Shown here: piece after piece, positions 20,593 to 29,505 of the stretch
Position numbering within the stretch: position 1 is the stretch's first letter
Layout of the letters: each line of letters begins with the position of its first letter
Source: Nitrospirota bacterium
GTDB lineage: Bacteria; Nitrospirota; UBA9217
Length of the DNA stretch: 64,000 nucleotides
NCBI GenBank assembly: GCA_963818475.1
Contig: CAWFSF010000003.1
Coordinates: 32,001 to 96,000, forward strand
Direction of reading: 5' to 3'
Program-made: the position numbers and the translations under genes
Notes under the pieces: model-generated
Databases searched by the model: none
The model's input: the letters and a program-made list of their open reading frames with translations, nothing else
Told to the model about the DNA's origin: nothing

Positions 20593-22002
20593 AGTCAACC
20601 CAAAGTAGAAATGTACCTACTCTTACCAAGATAGAAATGTCCGCTTTAGGAAGCAATTGGAAATTGTACATTTGCTCTGCGGAGTCTCTTCCATGGATGA
20701 TCTGATGGTTGATACCGACTTGTCGGTTTCTTATTGACTGCCGGTGTTTTAGGGTTTTCTTTCGCTGGCCGTGTTTTGATCTCCCGATATGTTAATTCCA
20801 AGCCCCTGTGAGTGATATGCAGAGATCCATCGAGTCGTTCTTCCACTGCGACCTTTTGAGCTTTATAGCGTCTTTGATCTGGTACAGTTTGCCATTATAC
20901 GCAATGGTGAAATCGTTCCGTAGCGTACGCTCCTCTCGAATGCAGAAGATCTTGTCGAGTTCCCTTATGGATAGCGCGCGTTGGTGTACATCGGCTGCAG
21001 AAACGGGTTTTACCTTGAATTTCGCATTGTATATTGGATGATACTTTATCAGGAATTCGTTTGCCTGCACAACACTGTTTACCCTGGCAAGCCTCATCTC
21101 TTTAACCAATCGATCCTGGAGCGTTCGAAAACTTCTTTCTATCCTGCCTTTTGCCTGGGGTGAATTCGCATGGATGACCGTTACTCCGAGTTCGGTTAGA
21201 CTCCTTTCGAACTGGCTCATGGGTTTTCTATCTTCCAACTCATCCTCGATGCTCTGCTTGGCATTGGATTTATACGTTGAGTGCTTGTCCAAATAGACAC
21301 TCTGTGGAATGCCGTAGCGCTTGATATACCGCTTGAAGCTATCCATGGCTGGCATGGTCCCCTCATAATCATAAAAGCGCCCATACACCGTTCCTGTGGC
21401 ATCATCGATATATCCCATTAATACGCTCTCAGGACCCCGGCCTTCGAACCAGGCATGATGGGAGCCATCCATCTGGAGCATTTCACCAAAATGATGCTTC
21501 CTCTCGCGCCATTGCCGGTGCTTTCTACCCTTGCGCTTCTCATAAGGGATGCTTTCCTGATTAAGCCATAGACGGAGGGTTTCGTCGCTTAGCTTGATTT
21601 CATGAACATCAAGAAGCTTTTCGCAGGCAAAGGTGGGGCCAAAATCACTGTATTTCTCCCGATACAGCTTGAGTGCCTTGTCTTTGTACCTTCTGAGGGA
21701 ATCGACGATTCGAGGTTTTGCCGCGGGATCGGTGACTGATGCCGTCGTCTCCCTCCTTCCGTACTCGTTTGAGTATCCGTCGAATCTGCCTGCTGCTCAA
21801 GCCTACAAGTTCAGCAGCTGTCTTCTGCGTGATCCTTTTATCCAATGCTTGGTGGATAATGTGCAGTCTTTTTGTTTCTCTCCTGCTCATAGTGATCATG
21901 TCCATTTCTGTCACAGTACCCTCCAATTACATCAGGGTATTGTAACTTAGAATAGGACATTTCTACTTTGGGAGAATAGGACATTATCATTTTGGGAGTA
22001 CA
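20593..22002 (-). mobile_element. IS1202/ISNCY-type insertion sequence with 20-bp target-site duplication
   Basis: Ends carry reiterated CCCAAAGTAGAAATGTCC motifs; CGAAACCGATGGGGTAATTT at both 20573-20592 and 22003-22022. Confidence 0.9.
20646..21926 (-). pseudogene. ISNCY/IS1202-family DDE transposase, split by frameshifts
   Basis: HTH fragment (21645-21926), QMDGSHHAWFE...PQAKGRIER core (20792-21481), C-terminal fragment (20646-20846). Confidence 0.85.
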
Positions 22003-22187
22003 CGAAACCGATGGGGTAATTTAAGGGTAATACAACGGATACGGATTGTAACATGAGAGGTTTCGATGAAGTGCAACTTCAATGACTTCAGGAAGAACTG
22101 ACCGCCGCACGTTTTTCCAAAAAATTTGGAAAAGGCGTCAGGGAGGTCAAGGGAGCAGTTCAATTCCGGCTGCTGATTTCTCTACCA

Positions 22188-23087
22188 TTAATAGCTGTAT
22201 CTTAGTCCCAGGCTGACGATATTATCGGTAGTGTTCGTGCCCGGCACGTTAGAATCGCTTGCCTGGTGGCCGTACTGCGCGTCCACAAACCATTTTTCCA
22301 GGAAATTATGTTCCAGACCGACTGATACCGTGTTGGCGGTCACCTTGAAATCCGAAGGCTCGTCATAGCTCCGAGCGAGGTAACTATACCCGAGAAGGAC
22401 CGTCGTTTTCGGCAGGACTACATACCCGGCCCAGATGCTGACCGCGTTGCCGCTGTAGCTGAAAAGAGCGGAATCCGCATGGTCCTTTTCGTATACGTAA
22501 CCTTCCTTCAACCAGAACAACGCACTCAACTTCTCCTTAAGCGTGAGGGACGCACCGTAAGCGGTACTGTCGCGCTGTGAATCGCCGAATCGTTTGAGCA
22601 GTCCGTTGACCGCGACCCTGGCTGTCACCATCTCGCCGAACCCTTTATTGAGCCCGGCGCTCAATCCGCCGATCGTGGAATTGAACTCGGTAAAGCTGCT
22701 GTAGGACGTGCGTTCCGCGCTCCCGGTCAGGAACAGGGACGTGGCCTCTGCGATCATCCTGGATGCTCCCAGGTCCGCGAAGAGCACGACCGATGTATCA
22801 CTGTTCGACGTCGAACTCGATCCGGTATAGGAAGGCCCCATCGGTCCCATTACCCCGGCAACACCCATCATCGATCCCCCGGTAGCACCGGGCATGCCTG
22901 CGTAACCGCCGCGCTTGTCGGACAGAAGTCCCACAACGTTATCTTCGTAGACCCCTTTGATCGCTGCATTATAGTAGATTTCCGCGTGCACGGCAGGCGT
23001 GAAAAGAACGTTAAGGATTACAACGAATAAAATAATTGCAAACTTTTTCGGTGATCGATGGGCTCGCATAGAGTGTTCCTCCTGCAT
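22188..23087 (-). CDS. Outer-membrane beta-barrel protein with a Met/Gly-rich loop
   Basis: Signal peptide, amphipathic strands, C-terminal LGLRYSY; loop GMPGATGGSMMGVAGVMGPMG. Confidence 0.8.
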   Translation of the reverse strand: MQEEHSMRAHRSPKKFAIILFVVILNVLFTPAVHAEIYYNAAIKGVYEDNVVGLLSDKRGGYAGMPGATGGSMMGVAGVMGPMGPSYTGSSSTSNSDTSVVLFADLGASRMIAEATSLFLTGSAERTSYSSFTEFNSTIGGLSAGLNKGFGEMVTARVAVNGLLKRFGDSQRDSTAYGASLTLKEKLSALFWLKEGYVYEKDHADSALFSYSGNAVSIWAGYVVLPKTTVLLGYSYLARSYDEPSDFKVTANTVSVGLEHNFLEKWFVDAQYGHQASDSNVPGTNTTDNIVSLGLRYSY

Positions 23088-23143
23088 TGTTCACGAATGA
23101 CATTTTTTTGGCCGAATCTGTCATAAGTATAGCAGAGCACAAT

Positions 23144-23180
23144 AAAAAAACAGGCAGCTGCAACAGCGTGCAACTGCCTC
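23144..23180 (-). terminator. Intrinsic terminator
   Basis: AGGCAGTTGCA-loop-TGCAGCTGCCT followed by T7 on the minus strand. Confidence 0.65.
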
Positions 23181-23214
23181 TTATATCACCTGTTCATGTG
23201 CACACCCTGTACTG

Positions 23215-23895
23215 CTACCGTCTCGAACCTCCCATGCCAGGCCCGGCGCCTGACCCCATTCCAGGGCCGTGGTCCATGCCCGAATCGGTGCCCATGTGGT
23301 CACGGTCGCGTGTCGTGTCCCGGTCATGCTGCATGGTTCTGTCCCGGTCCATGGTCCGCGTCGCGTTTTCCGCGGCCTTGTCAGGAGCGGTCCCGGATTT
23401 TATCTCTCCGGCGTAGGCATTCGTTGCGGCGGTGATCCTGCCGGCTTGGACCCCTTTGTTGATCCCGTTTGACATTATTTGCGACGTCTTGTCAGCCGGT
23501 GCGCCGGCTGCCACGGTCTTGCCAAAGGTGTTCGTCATCTGCACGGTTTCGCGCGCGTTGTACTTGTGCTCTAATGCATCCGCAGCGACCGCGGCCGCGT
23601 CTTTCTTCGCGCCTCCTGCTGTTTCTATGGATCTGGCGATCTCGGCAAGGTCTTTGCCTTTGATTCCCTGGTTGATGGATGCTTCAACCACGCGAAAGGC
23701 GTGCTCAACAGGCACACCCTTGTCAACGAGGCCCTGGAGCGTGGCTGTTGCCTGGGAGTGGTCTTTGGCATCAAGCTTCTTTTCCGTGGACTGCTTATCG
23801 ATATTTGCCCTTGCCTCATCCAGGGTAAGCGCAAACGTCGTTGCTCCGAAGATCAGAATGCTTCCCATCGCAATTACCATCAATATTTTTTTCAT
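23215..23895 (-). CDS. Exported helical-repeat protein with Met/His/Gly-rich tail
   Basis: Signal peptide; repeated (K/A)GVP motifs; tail DHMGTDSGMDHGPGMGSGAGPGMGG. Confidence 0.75.
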   Translation of the reverse strand: MKKILMVIAMGSILIFGATTFALTLDEARANIDKQSTEKKLDAKDHSQATATLQGLVDKGVPVEHAFRVVEASINQGIKGKDLAEIARSIETAGGAKKDAAAVAADALEHKYNARETVQMTNTFGKTVAAGAPADKTSQIMSNGINKGVQAGRITAATNAYAGEIKSGTAPDKAAENATRTMDRDRTMQHDRDTTRDRDHMGTDSGMDHGPGMGSGAGPGMGGSRR

Positions 23896-23924
23896 GTCGT
23901 TCTCCTTAAAGGTACAGTCTCTTC

Positions 23925-24842
23925 TTACCGCTTTCCGCCCATGCCGCCCATTCCTCCCATACCGCCTGAATTCGGACTGTGCATGGATCCTGCTCCCGGT
24001 CTTTCCTGCATGTCATGCATCATCTCCCCCCGCTCCATGCGGGAGTTCATGTTGGAAACGACCTCGTTCATCGGGCGATTCTTCCTGAGCTCGCCCACCA
24101 TGTAGCGCTCCATGGTCTCCAGGTCCCGTTCGGAATAGCCCTTGTCCACGGCCGTATGCACCATCTTCGCGGACTGTTCGGCAGTCATGCCGCTGCCCAC
24201 AAAGGTGGTCATCGTATCCACTGCCCGGTTAAACAGTCCGATCGATCCTTTCCGGTCCTTCACTTTTTCGCCCGTCTTCATAACAGCATCCTGCGGGATC
24301 GATTTTTCCAAAGCTCTCGCCACCGCTTCAACTGCATCATCCGATCCTCTTGCACCTGTTGGTCGTATGCCCCCTGTCTCGAGCTTGCTCACGATCGGCC
24401 TGGCTGCTGAGAGGTTGTCGGAAAGCCGCTGGGTAGCACCAACGATCTTCTCTGCAGGCACGCCTTTGGCGAGCCCCTGTTCCACCCGGTCAAGGACGGG
24501 TCGTACCGGCAGGTTCTGTTCCTTTGCCCTGGTTGCGGTTTCAAGGAATTTTTCGACATGCCGGCTCTCTATGCCCTGTTCCAGCCCGCGGGTGATGATG
24601 ATGGAGACATCCTCGGCAGGAACGCCCGCTGCCACTGCCCGGTCGGCTTTTGTCAGGATACCGGACTTCGATTCCCTCGAGAGCTGGGACTTTTCGACTG
24701 AAACCCGAGCGGCTTCGAGATGCTTTGATCCCGCCTCTTCCGCCCTGGCGCATGGCGGTGCTGTCAGAATTGCTGCTGTAGTCAGCAGCAGAGCAGTAAG
24801 GATCTTGAGAACGGCCTTCGTCATTTGTTTCTTCCTTTTCAT
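23925..24842 (-). CDS. Exported helical-repeat protein with Met/Gly-rich tail
   Basis: Signal peptide; GVPAE repeats; tail MMHDMQ...GGMGGMGGMGG. Confidence 0.75.
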   Translation of the reverse strand: MKRKKQMTKAVLKILTALLLTTAAILTAPPCARAEEAGSKHLEAARVSVEKSQLSRESKSGILTKADRAVAAGVPAEDVSIIITRGLEQGIESRHVEKFLETATRAKEQNLPVRPVLDRVEQGLAKGVPAEKIVGATQRLSDNLSAARPIVSKLETGGIRPTGARGSDDAVEAVARALEKSIPQDAVMKTGEKVKDRKGSIGLFNRAVDTMTTFVGSGMTAEQSAKMVHTAVDKGYSERDLETMERYMVGELRKNRPMNEVVSNMNSRMERGEMMHDMQERPGAGSMHSPNSGGMGGMGGMGGKR

Positions 24843-25498
24843 GTCCTGACCCTCATCACGGCATTTCTATTTCCGAAGCCATCGTCCCGGTAAGTTTCCG
24901 CATTCGGGTCGGTCACCCATGCCTTTCCGTCCACAACGAACATATAGCTGTGTTCCCCCGGTTGCAAGGGTATGCTGATGGTCCAAATTCCGTTTTCCTG
25001 TTTCGTGAGCACGTGTGTGTCGGTCTTCCACTTATTGAACGTGCCTGCGACCGCGACGTGGTGAGCTTCAGGCGCATGCAGGTTCATGGTCACCGTCACG
25101 GCCTGTTCCTGCTGCCGGACCACCGCGGTTTCTATTGGTACGTTCCGGGTGCGAACAGCAAGCGTGAAAACAAGAGCGAAGAGCACCGCAGCCGCAATTG
25201 CTGTGGCCATGTTCCACCTGAGCACCCGGCCCTTGAGCACGAAATCCCGCATGCGCCTTCCCATGGTCGCTTTTCTCGGTTGCAGCCGCCGCATGACCTC
25301 TGCGGTAAAGAAAGGGGGCGCTGCTATCCGCTCGCTCGTCTCAACAGCCCGGACCACCTCCCTCAGGCTGTCGAATTCTTCTTGCAACACAGGATTTGCC
25401 GTGACCTGATCGATCAGTGCCTTCTTTTCATCCGGTCCGAGGTCCCCGTCCAGCAGCCGGTGAATGATTTCCCTATCGAGTTCTTTTTCATCTTTCAT
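24839..25498 (-). CDS. Anti-sigma factor with C-terminal CBM48/AMPK glycogen-binding-like domain
   Basis: IIHRLLDGDL anti-sigma domain, one TM helix, VAVAGTFNKW...GIWTISIPLQPGEHSYMFVVDGKAWVTDP...DDGFG. Confidence 0.85.
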   Translation of the reverse strand: MKDEKELDREIIHRLLDGDLGPDEKKALIDQVTANPVLQEEFDSLREVVRAVETSERIAAPPFFTAEVMRRLQPRKATMGRRMRDFVLKGRVLRWNMATAIAAAVLFALVFTLAVRTRNVPIETAVVRQQEQAVTVTMNLHAPEAHHVAVAGTFNKWKTDTHVLTKQENGIWTISIPLQPGEHSYMFVVDGKAWVTDPNAETYRDDGFGNRNAVMRVRT

Positions 25499-26055
25499 AA
25501 CGTGACCCCCATCCCCTCCAGCAGCTTCCTGAGCATCTCTCTTCCCCGGTGCGCCCGTACTTTGAGAGCGCTGACGGAGACCCCCAGGGAATCGGCGATC
25601 TCCTGAAAATCGAGCCCCTCGATATGCTTCAGGATGATCACCTCGCGGTAGTCAGGGGGCAGCCCGTTCAGCGCTAGCTGGACCGCATCCCCGCTCTGGC
25701 GGCAGGAAGCGGCCTGCTCCGGCGAGCGGTCCGGCCCTGCGACATATTCGCAGATATCATCCACCGGCACGGTCTCCCTGGTGGCCCTGAAATGATCGCG
25801 GCACTTGTTGACCACGATCCGGTACAGCCAGGAAGAGAACCGGGAATTGAACTTAAAATCCCCGAGAGCGTTGTAAGCGGCAATGAAGCTTTCCTGCGCC
25901 ATATCTTTGGCCGCATCCCCGTCTCCCACCATCCGGAAAGCGATATTGTATGCCATGTTCTTATAGGAGTCCATCAGCACGGCATATTGGTCGCTATCGC
26001 CGGCCAGGACCTTCCGGATGATCGCGTATTCTTCTTTCACTCTGTCTGCACTCAT
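25495..26055 (-). CDS. ECF RNA polymerase sigma factor
   Basis: AKDMAQESF, FSSWLYRIVVN and region 4 EIADSLGVSVSALKVRAHRGR; likely start ATG at 26055. Confidence 0.95.
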   Translation of the reverse strand: MSADRVKEEYAIIRKVLAGDSDQYAVLMDSYKNMAYNIAFRMVGDGDAAKDMAQESFIAAYNALGDFKFNSRFSSWLYRIVVNKCRDHFRATRETVPVDDICEYVAGPDRSPEQAASCRQSGDAVQLALNGLPPDYREVIILKHIEGLDFQEIADSLGVSVSALKVRAHRGREMLRKLLEGMGVTL

Positions 26056-26065
26056 GTAGCACCTA

Positions 26066-26093
26066 TTAGACGATGGTCGCGCGAAAAGGTTAC
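26066..26093 (-). promoter_or_regulatory. ECF promoter (autoregulatory)
   Basis: GTAACCTT-N13-CGTCTAA. Confidence 0.75.
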
Positions 26094-26458
26094 TGCCCGG
26101 AAAGTTCTTCTCCCACGAGAAGAACGGAATTCTTCCTGCCGAACCCGTCGTCAACTTCGGGCACAGCGGGGTCCGGCTGCCAGTCTTTTTCGTTTATGAC
26201 GAAGAGGTACTCGTACCGCCCCTCGGCAAGCGGGAGAACTATGCTCCACAAGCCGTTTTTATCCGGTCCGGACAAGCGGTCTTTCCGGGTGTCCCAGGCA
26301 TTGAAACTCCCGGCAATGGCGACGCTTGTTGCCTTCGGCGCATACAAGGTGAACGAAACTCCTTCTTTCGTCATCTCCGGACCCGGATGCTTCGGTACGC
26401 AGGCCGCGAGCAGCGAGCAAAACAACATTGCCGGAATTATGATCAGGCATGGTTTCAT
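26090..26458 (-). CDS. Lipoprotein with CBM48/AMPK glycogen-binding-like domain
   Basis: Lipobox LAAC; VAIAGSFNAW...GRYEYLFVINEKDWQPDP...DDGFG. Confidence 0.85.
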   Translation of the reverse strand: MKPCLIIIPAMLFCSLLAACVPKHPGPEMTKEGVSFTLYAPKATSVAIAGSFNAWDTRKDRLSGPDKNGLWSIVLPLAEGRYEYLFVINEKDWQPDPAVPEVDDGFGRKNSVLLVGEELSGQ

Positions 26459-26562
26459 CGTTTTTTGAAATTTACTCTACTGCTATGATAGCGCCCATGC
26501 CTTGAGGTCGCAAGGCTAATTCATCTTTTGATGACGTTTAAGAAAAACCGGTGGACAAAACA

Positions 26563-26591
26563 GCGGCAGCCGGACCTTTATCCGGCTGCCG
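26563..26591 (-). terminator. Probable terminator hairpin
   Basis: CGGCAGCCGGA-loop-TCCGGCTGCCG followed by a T-rich tract on the minus strand. Confidence 0.6.
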
Positions 26592-26642
26592 TACACTTAC
26601 GTGAATTGAACAGGATACTCCCGGGAACAGCGCAAGGCCGCC

Positions 26643-27557
26643 TCAGATCGTCCCATTGGTCGTGGTCAGCCGGCTGATGAGCGCCTGCATGTCGGTGGCC
26701 GTCAGCCCTGATTGATTCATGCCTGAGCCCAAAAACGCTGTCATGGCATTCCCCAACCCGCTGGTACCTGCCGTCGACTGCATCATCGTCCCGCCGCCCA
26801 TCATGCTCATTCCGCCGCCCATCGTGATCTGCGTGCTCCCCATCATGCCGTTCATGGTACCGTCGGTGGCATCGTCCATCATTGCGGTCACTATGCCGGA
26901 AGAATCCGGCATTCCGAGGGTCTGGGCTAACTGCGTCATGGCAGCAACGGTCATTCCATAATTTCTCATGTCCTGAGTCGCCCCGGCTCCCGATCCGGCA
27001 ACGAGCGGATTCATCGGCGTCGTGTGGAGAATATCATTGACCATGAAATAATGACCTACTGCCGTGTTCGCGGCTTCACTGTTCGTTGCGGTCATGCCGC
27101 TTGCCATGGTGCTTGCCATTGCCTGGGCCATGGAAGTAAGCGGGGTCACCTGAACTCCGGTCATGGTGGCATTGCTCGCCATCATTGGAATAAGGGCCGT
27201 CATCACGTCATTCGCTCCCATGGGCATCACCGAACCTGTTGCCTCGTCCGTATAGGTCCCGCCGCTCATCAGCAGCATGACCGGACCTGTATAATTATCG
27301 ATGTTCATGCTGAAATTGCCCTGCGTGTCCGTCGTTGCGCTGGCCAGCATAACGCCTTTGGCGCCGTTGTTCACGGCATATGCCATCACCGTACCGCCGC
27401 TCACCGGGCCCTTGACTGCCGTCCCGCTGATCATCCCGGAGCCGGTCGTACCCGGGGTAGTCACACTGCCGCCGCCCCCGCCGCCGCACCCAAAGAGCAT
27501 GAACAGAGAACCGATCATAAGAACGAACACTGCCTGGCTTTTTTTGAATATTTTCAT
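26643..27557 (-). CDS. Methionine-rich lipoprotein
   Basis: Lipobox LFGC-GGGGGG; about 39 Met in about 304 aa by manual count. Confidence 0.8.
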   Translation of the reverse strand: MKIFKKSQAVFVLMIGSLFMLFGCGGGGGGSVTTPGTTGSGMISGTAVKGPVSGGTVMAYAVNNGAKGVMLASATTDTQGNFSMNIDNYTGPVMLLMSGGTYTDEATGSVMPMGANDVMTALIPMMASNATMTGVQVTPLTSMAQAMASTMASGMTATNSEAANTAVGHYFMVNDILHTTPMNPLVAGSGAGATQDMRNYGMTVAAMTQLAQTLGMPDSSGIVTAMMDDATDGTMNGMMGSTQITMGGGMSMMGGGTMMQSTAGTSGLGNAMTAFLGSGMNQSGLTATDMQALISRLTTTNGTI

Positions 27558-27629
27558 TTCAGACCTCCTCAAGTCTATACCCGAATTGTTATTGCATGAT
27601 GGCAATGATCTTTTTGCATCATTCCGAGA

Positions 27630-27657
27630 TTAGACGAAAGCAATCGAGAAAGGTTAC
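27630..27657 (-). promoter_or_regulatory. ECF promoter of the Met-rich lipoprotein
   Basis: GTAACCTT-N13-CGTCTAA, boxes identical to those at 26066-26093. Confidence 0.75.
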
Positions 27658-27703
27658 AGCCAGGACTCTTTTTTTTCCGAACGCCGTTCTAGCCATGCTC
27701 CGG

Positions 27704-27732
27704 GTAACTTTTTCATCGTTTTTTCCGTCTTA
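27704..27732 (+). promoter_or_regulatory. Divergent ECF promoter
   Basis: GTAACTTT-N14-CGTCTTA upstream of ORF 27768. Confidence 0.6.
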
Positions 27733-27767
27733 CGGTAAGATCAATAACACTTGAGGTTTGGAACACT

Positions 27768-27998
27768 ATGAAAAGAAGGATTATCGTAATACTTTTTGCC
27801 GCCGCTCTATCAGTCCCAAGCTATGACTGCCGGCTCACGAGTCTGGATGCGTTACCGACGGTGAAGAAGCAGCTGGAAGCGAGAGGGAGAACAGAGGGGA
27901 ACTGCGAATTACACCTACAATTCTGCACAGCCGATATTGTAACTAGAGCATGCCAATTGTATCCTGCACATGAACGACGAGTTGAGCCCACGCCGTAG
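27768..27998 (+). pseudogene. Truncated exported protein fused to a copy of the RACo gene 3' end
   Basis: Signal peptide MKRRIIVILFAAAL, then TSLDALPTVKKQLE, similar to the RACo C-terminus TNLDAFPTVKKELE. Confidence 0.6.
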
Positions 27999-28026
27999 AG
28001 CTCAGGACTCGAATGACTCGTTATAC
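27969..28026 (-). other. attC site
   Basis: GTATAAC...GTTCATG, 58 bp; nearly identical to the site at 28823-28881; overlaps the upstream stop codon. Confidence 0.8.
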
Positions 28027-28809
28027 CTTTATCGATTCAAGTTCTTTACGAGCGTATTCGAGAATAAGATTATCTCGTGCTACGCCATTCAACTCCGCAA
28101 AACTGCCGTCAGGGCTATTACCTTCCCACATGTAACACCATGCCATCAAGCCATCAGGATGGGAAAGAGGGTCGATAACTTTTAGATGTATCAAGTGAAT
28201 TCCTTGATCAGGGCTGATCGCTCCATTAACAATCGCTTTGCAAATATAGTGAAAATAATCCATTATCATTCCATCTTGGCTTAGCTGAGGAATCGATAAC
28301 TCGTGAAGAGTGGCTTCAAAATACTGAGGGATGTCTTCACGATCAGCAGGGAGGTTTAGCCCAGCAAGAATTCTTAGAGAAGGAGAATCAAGATTATATT
28401 CGAGAGCTTTGACCGCCCACTCGGTAAACTCTTGATCAGAAGCATCCTGTGCCCACCGTCTGATCAATAAAATCTTTAAGCCATCTTTGATACTAGTGGG
28501 TAACTTGACCTCGTCTTGCCATTTCTTAATATCAGTTTTCTCTTTATCCAGAAGTTCGTTCAGGTACTGTTCGGTCCGTATTCTGTTTATAGGTTGTTCT
28601 TTAAGAAATTCTTCCCGGATTTTCGCATTACTATGAAATGGCCGTCTTAGTGGATGGAATCTCATGTATAAAGCCCATGCAAAACCAAGAATCAGTACAG
28701 ATCCAAAATATATAGCGTGATAAGCAAGACTATTCGGAAACACCACCTGTCCTAATTTCCAGGCTATCAATACAGAAAGACATATATATAGAGTTAATCG
28801 TTTAGGCAT
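28021..28809 (-). CDS. Cassette gene, membrane-anchored hypothetical protein
   Basis: Low GC, flanked by attC sites. Confidence 0.75.
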   Translation of the reverse strand: MPKRLTLYICLSVLIAWKLGQVVFPNSLAYHAIYFGSVLILGFAWALYMRFHPLRRPFHSNAKIREEFLKEQPINRIRTEQYLNELLDKEKTDIKKWQDEVKLPTSIKDGLKILLIRRWAQDASDQEFTEWAVKALEYNLDSPSLRILAGLNLPADREDIPQYFEATLHELSIPQLSQDGMIMDYFHYICKAIVNGAISPDQGIHLIHLKVIDPLSHPDGLMAWCYMWEGNSPDGSFAELNGVARDNLILEYARKELESIKV

Positions 28810-28822
28810 GGCGGAAATAGGA

Positions 28823-28881
28823 ATATAACGACGAGTTGAGCCCCACGCCGTAGAGCGCAGGACTCGAATGCATTGTTATTT
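28823..28881 (-). other. attC site
   Basis: AAATAAC-aatgcattcgagtcc...ggctcaactcgtc-GTTATAT, 59 bp. Confidence 0.8.
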
Positions 28882-28885
28882 GGCA

Positions 28886-29302
28886 CTATGCTTCGCCGTT
28901 GATAAATACATCAAAGAATTTGTTTGCAATAAGATCGTATTTAAGTTGAAAGAAGCAACCACCGCCATCGTGGACAAGGACAAAATCTTTGCTTAAATTT
29001 ACGCCTTTGGGGTTGTGAAGACTGCAAAATGCATTGATGTAAACAAATTTACGTCCCTGTTCTTCTTGTCCTTGATACTGAAGACGGTAGGTGTTCCATT
29101 TTTTGAGCGATCTTCCAAAGACCTTCTCTTGCGATTTCATATATGGCTCAAGATGTATTTTAATTGTTGAAAGAATTTTGTCTGAGGGGTTCCACGTTCC
29201 GCCGTCAACCTTTGTCCAAGAATTTTCTTCGGCATTAGCGAGCCTGAGCAACAGCACTGGTATTATAAAAACCAGATATTTAGTTCTGCTTGAGATAATC
29301 AT
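28886..29302 (-). CDS. Cassette gene, secreted hypothetical protein
   Basis: Signal peptide; YRLQYQG...YINAFC...DGGGCFF; flanked by attC sites. Confidence 0.75.
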   Translation of the reverse strand: MIISSRTKYLVFIIPVLLLRLANAEENSWTKVDGGTWNPSDKILSTIKIHLEPYMKSQEKVFGRSLKKWNTYRLQYQGQEEQGRKFVYINAFCSLHNPKGVNLSKDFVLVHDGGGCFFQLKYDLIANKFFDVFINGEA

Positions 29303-29311
29303 ATTTTCACC

Positions 29312-29389
29312 ATATAACGTTCGAGCTCACCCGCCTGAGAAAGTGGGCGTAGCCCGCTGTAGCAGGTCGGGTGCAGCGCATTGTTAGGT
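29312..29389 (-). other. attC site
   Basis: ACCTAAC-aatgcgctgcacccgacctg...caggcgggtgagctcgaac-GTTATAT, 78 bp, canonical form. Confidence 0.85.
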
Positions 29390-29505
29390 TGCTGTGTCAT
29401 GCCAGTTGAGTGGGACGGATTACGGCGAGCGAGTCCATGAATTCGCTGTCTGCCTTTCCGGTGAAATGCATTGTCGGCTTCCGGCACAGGCCGAGCCTTC
29501 GTCTG

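Noticed and set aside
27969-28881. Near-identical 58-bp repeats as a CRISPR array
   Set aside because: They are separated by whole genes, have attC core sites, and no cas genes are present.
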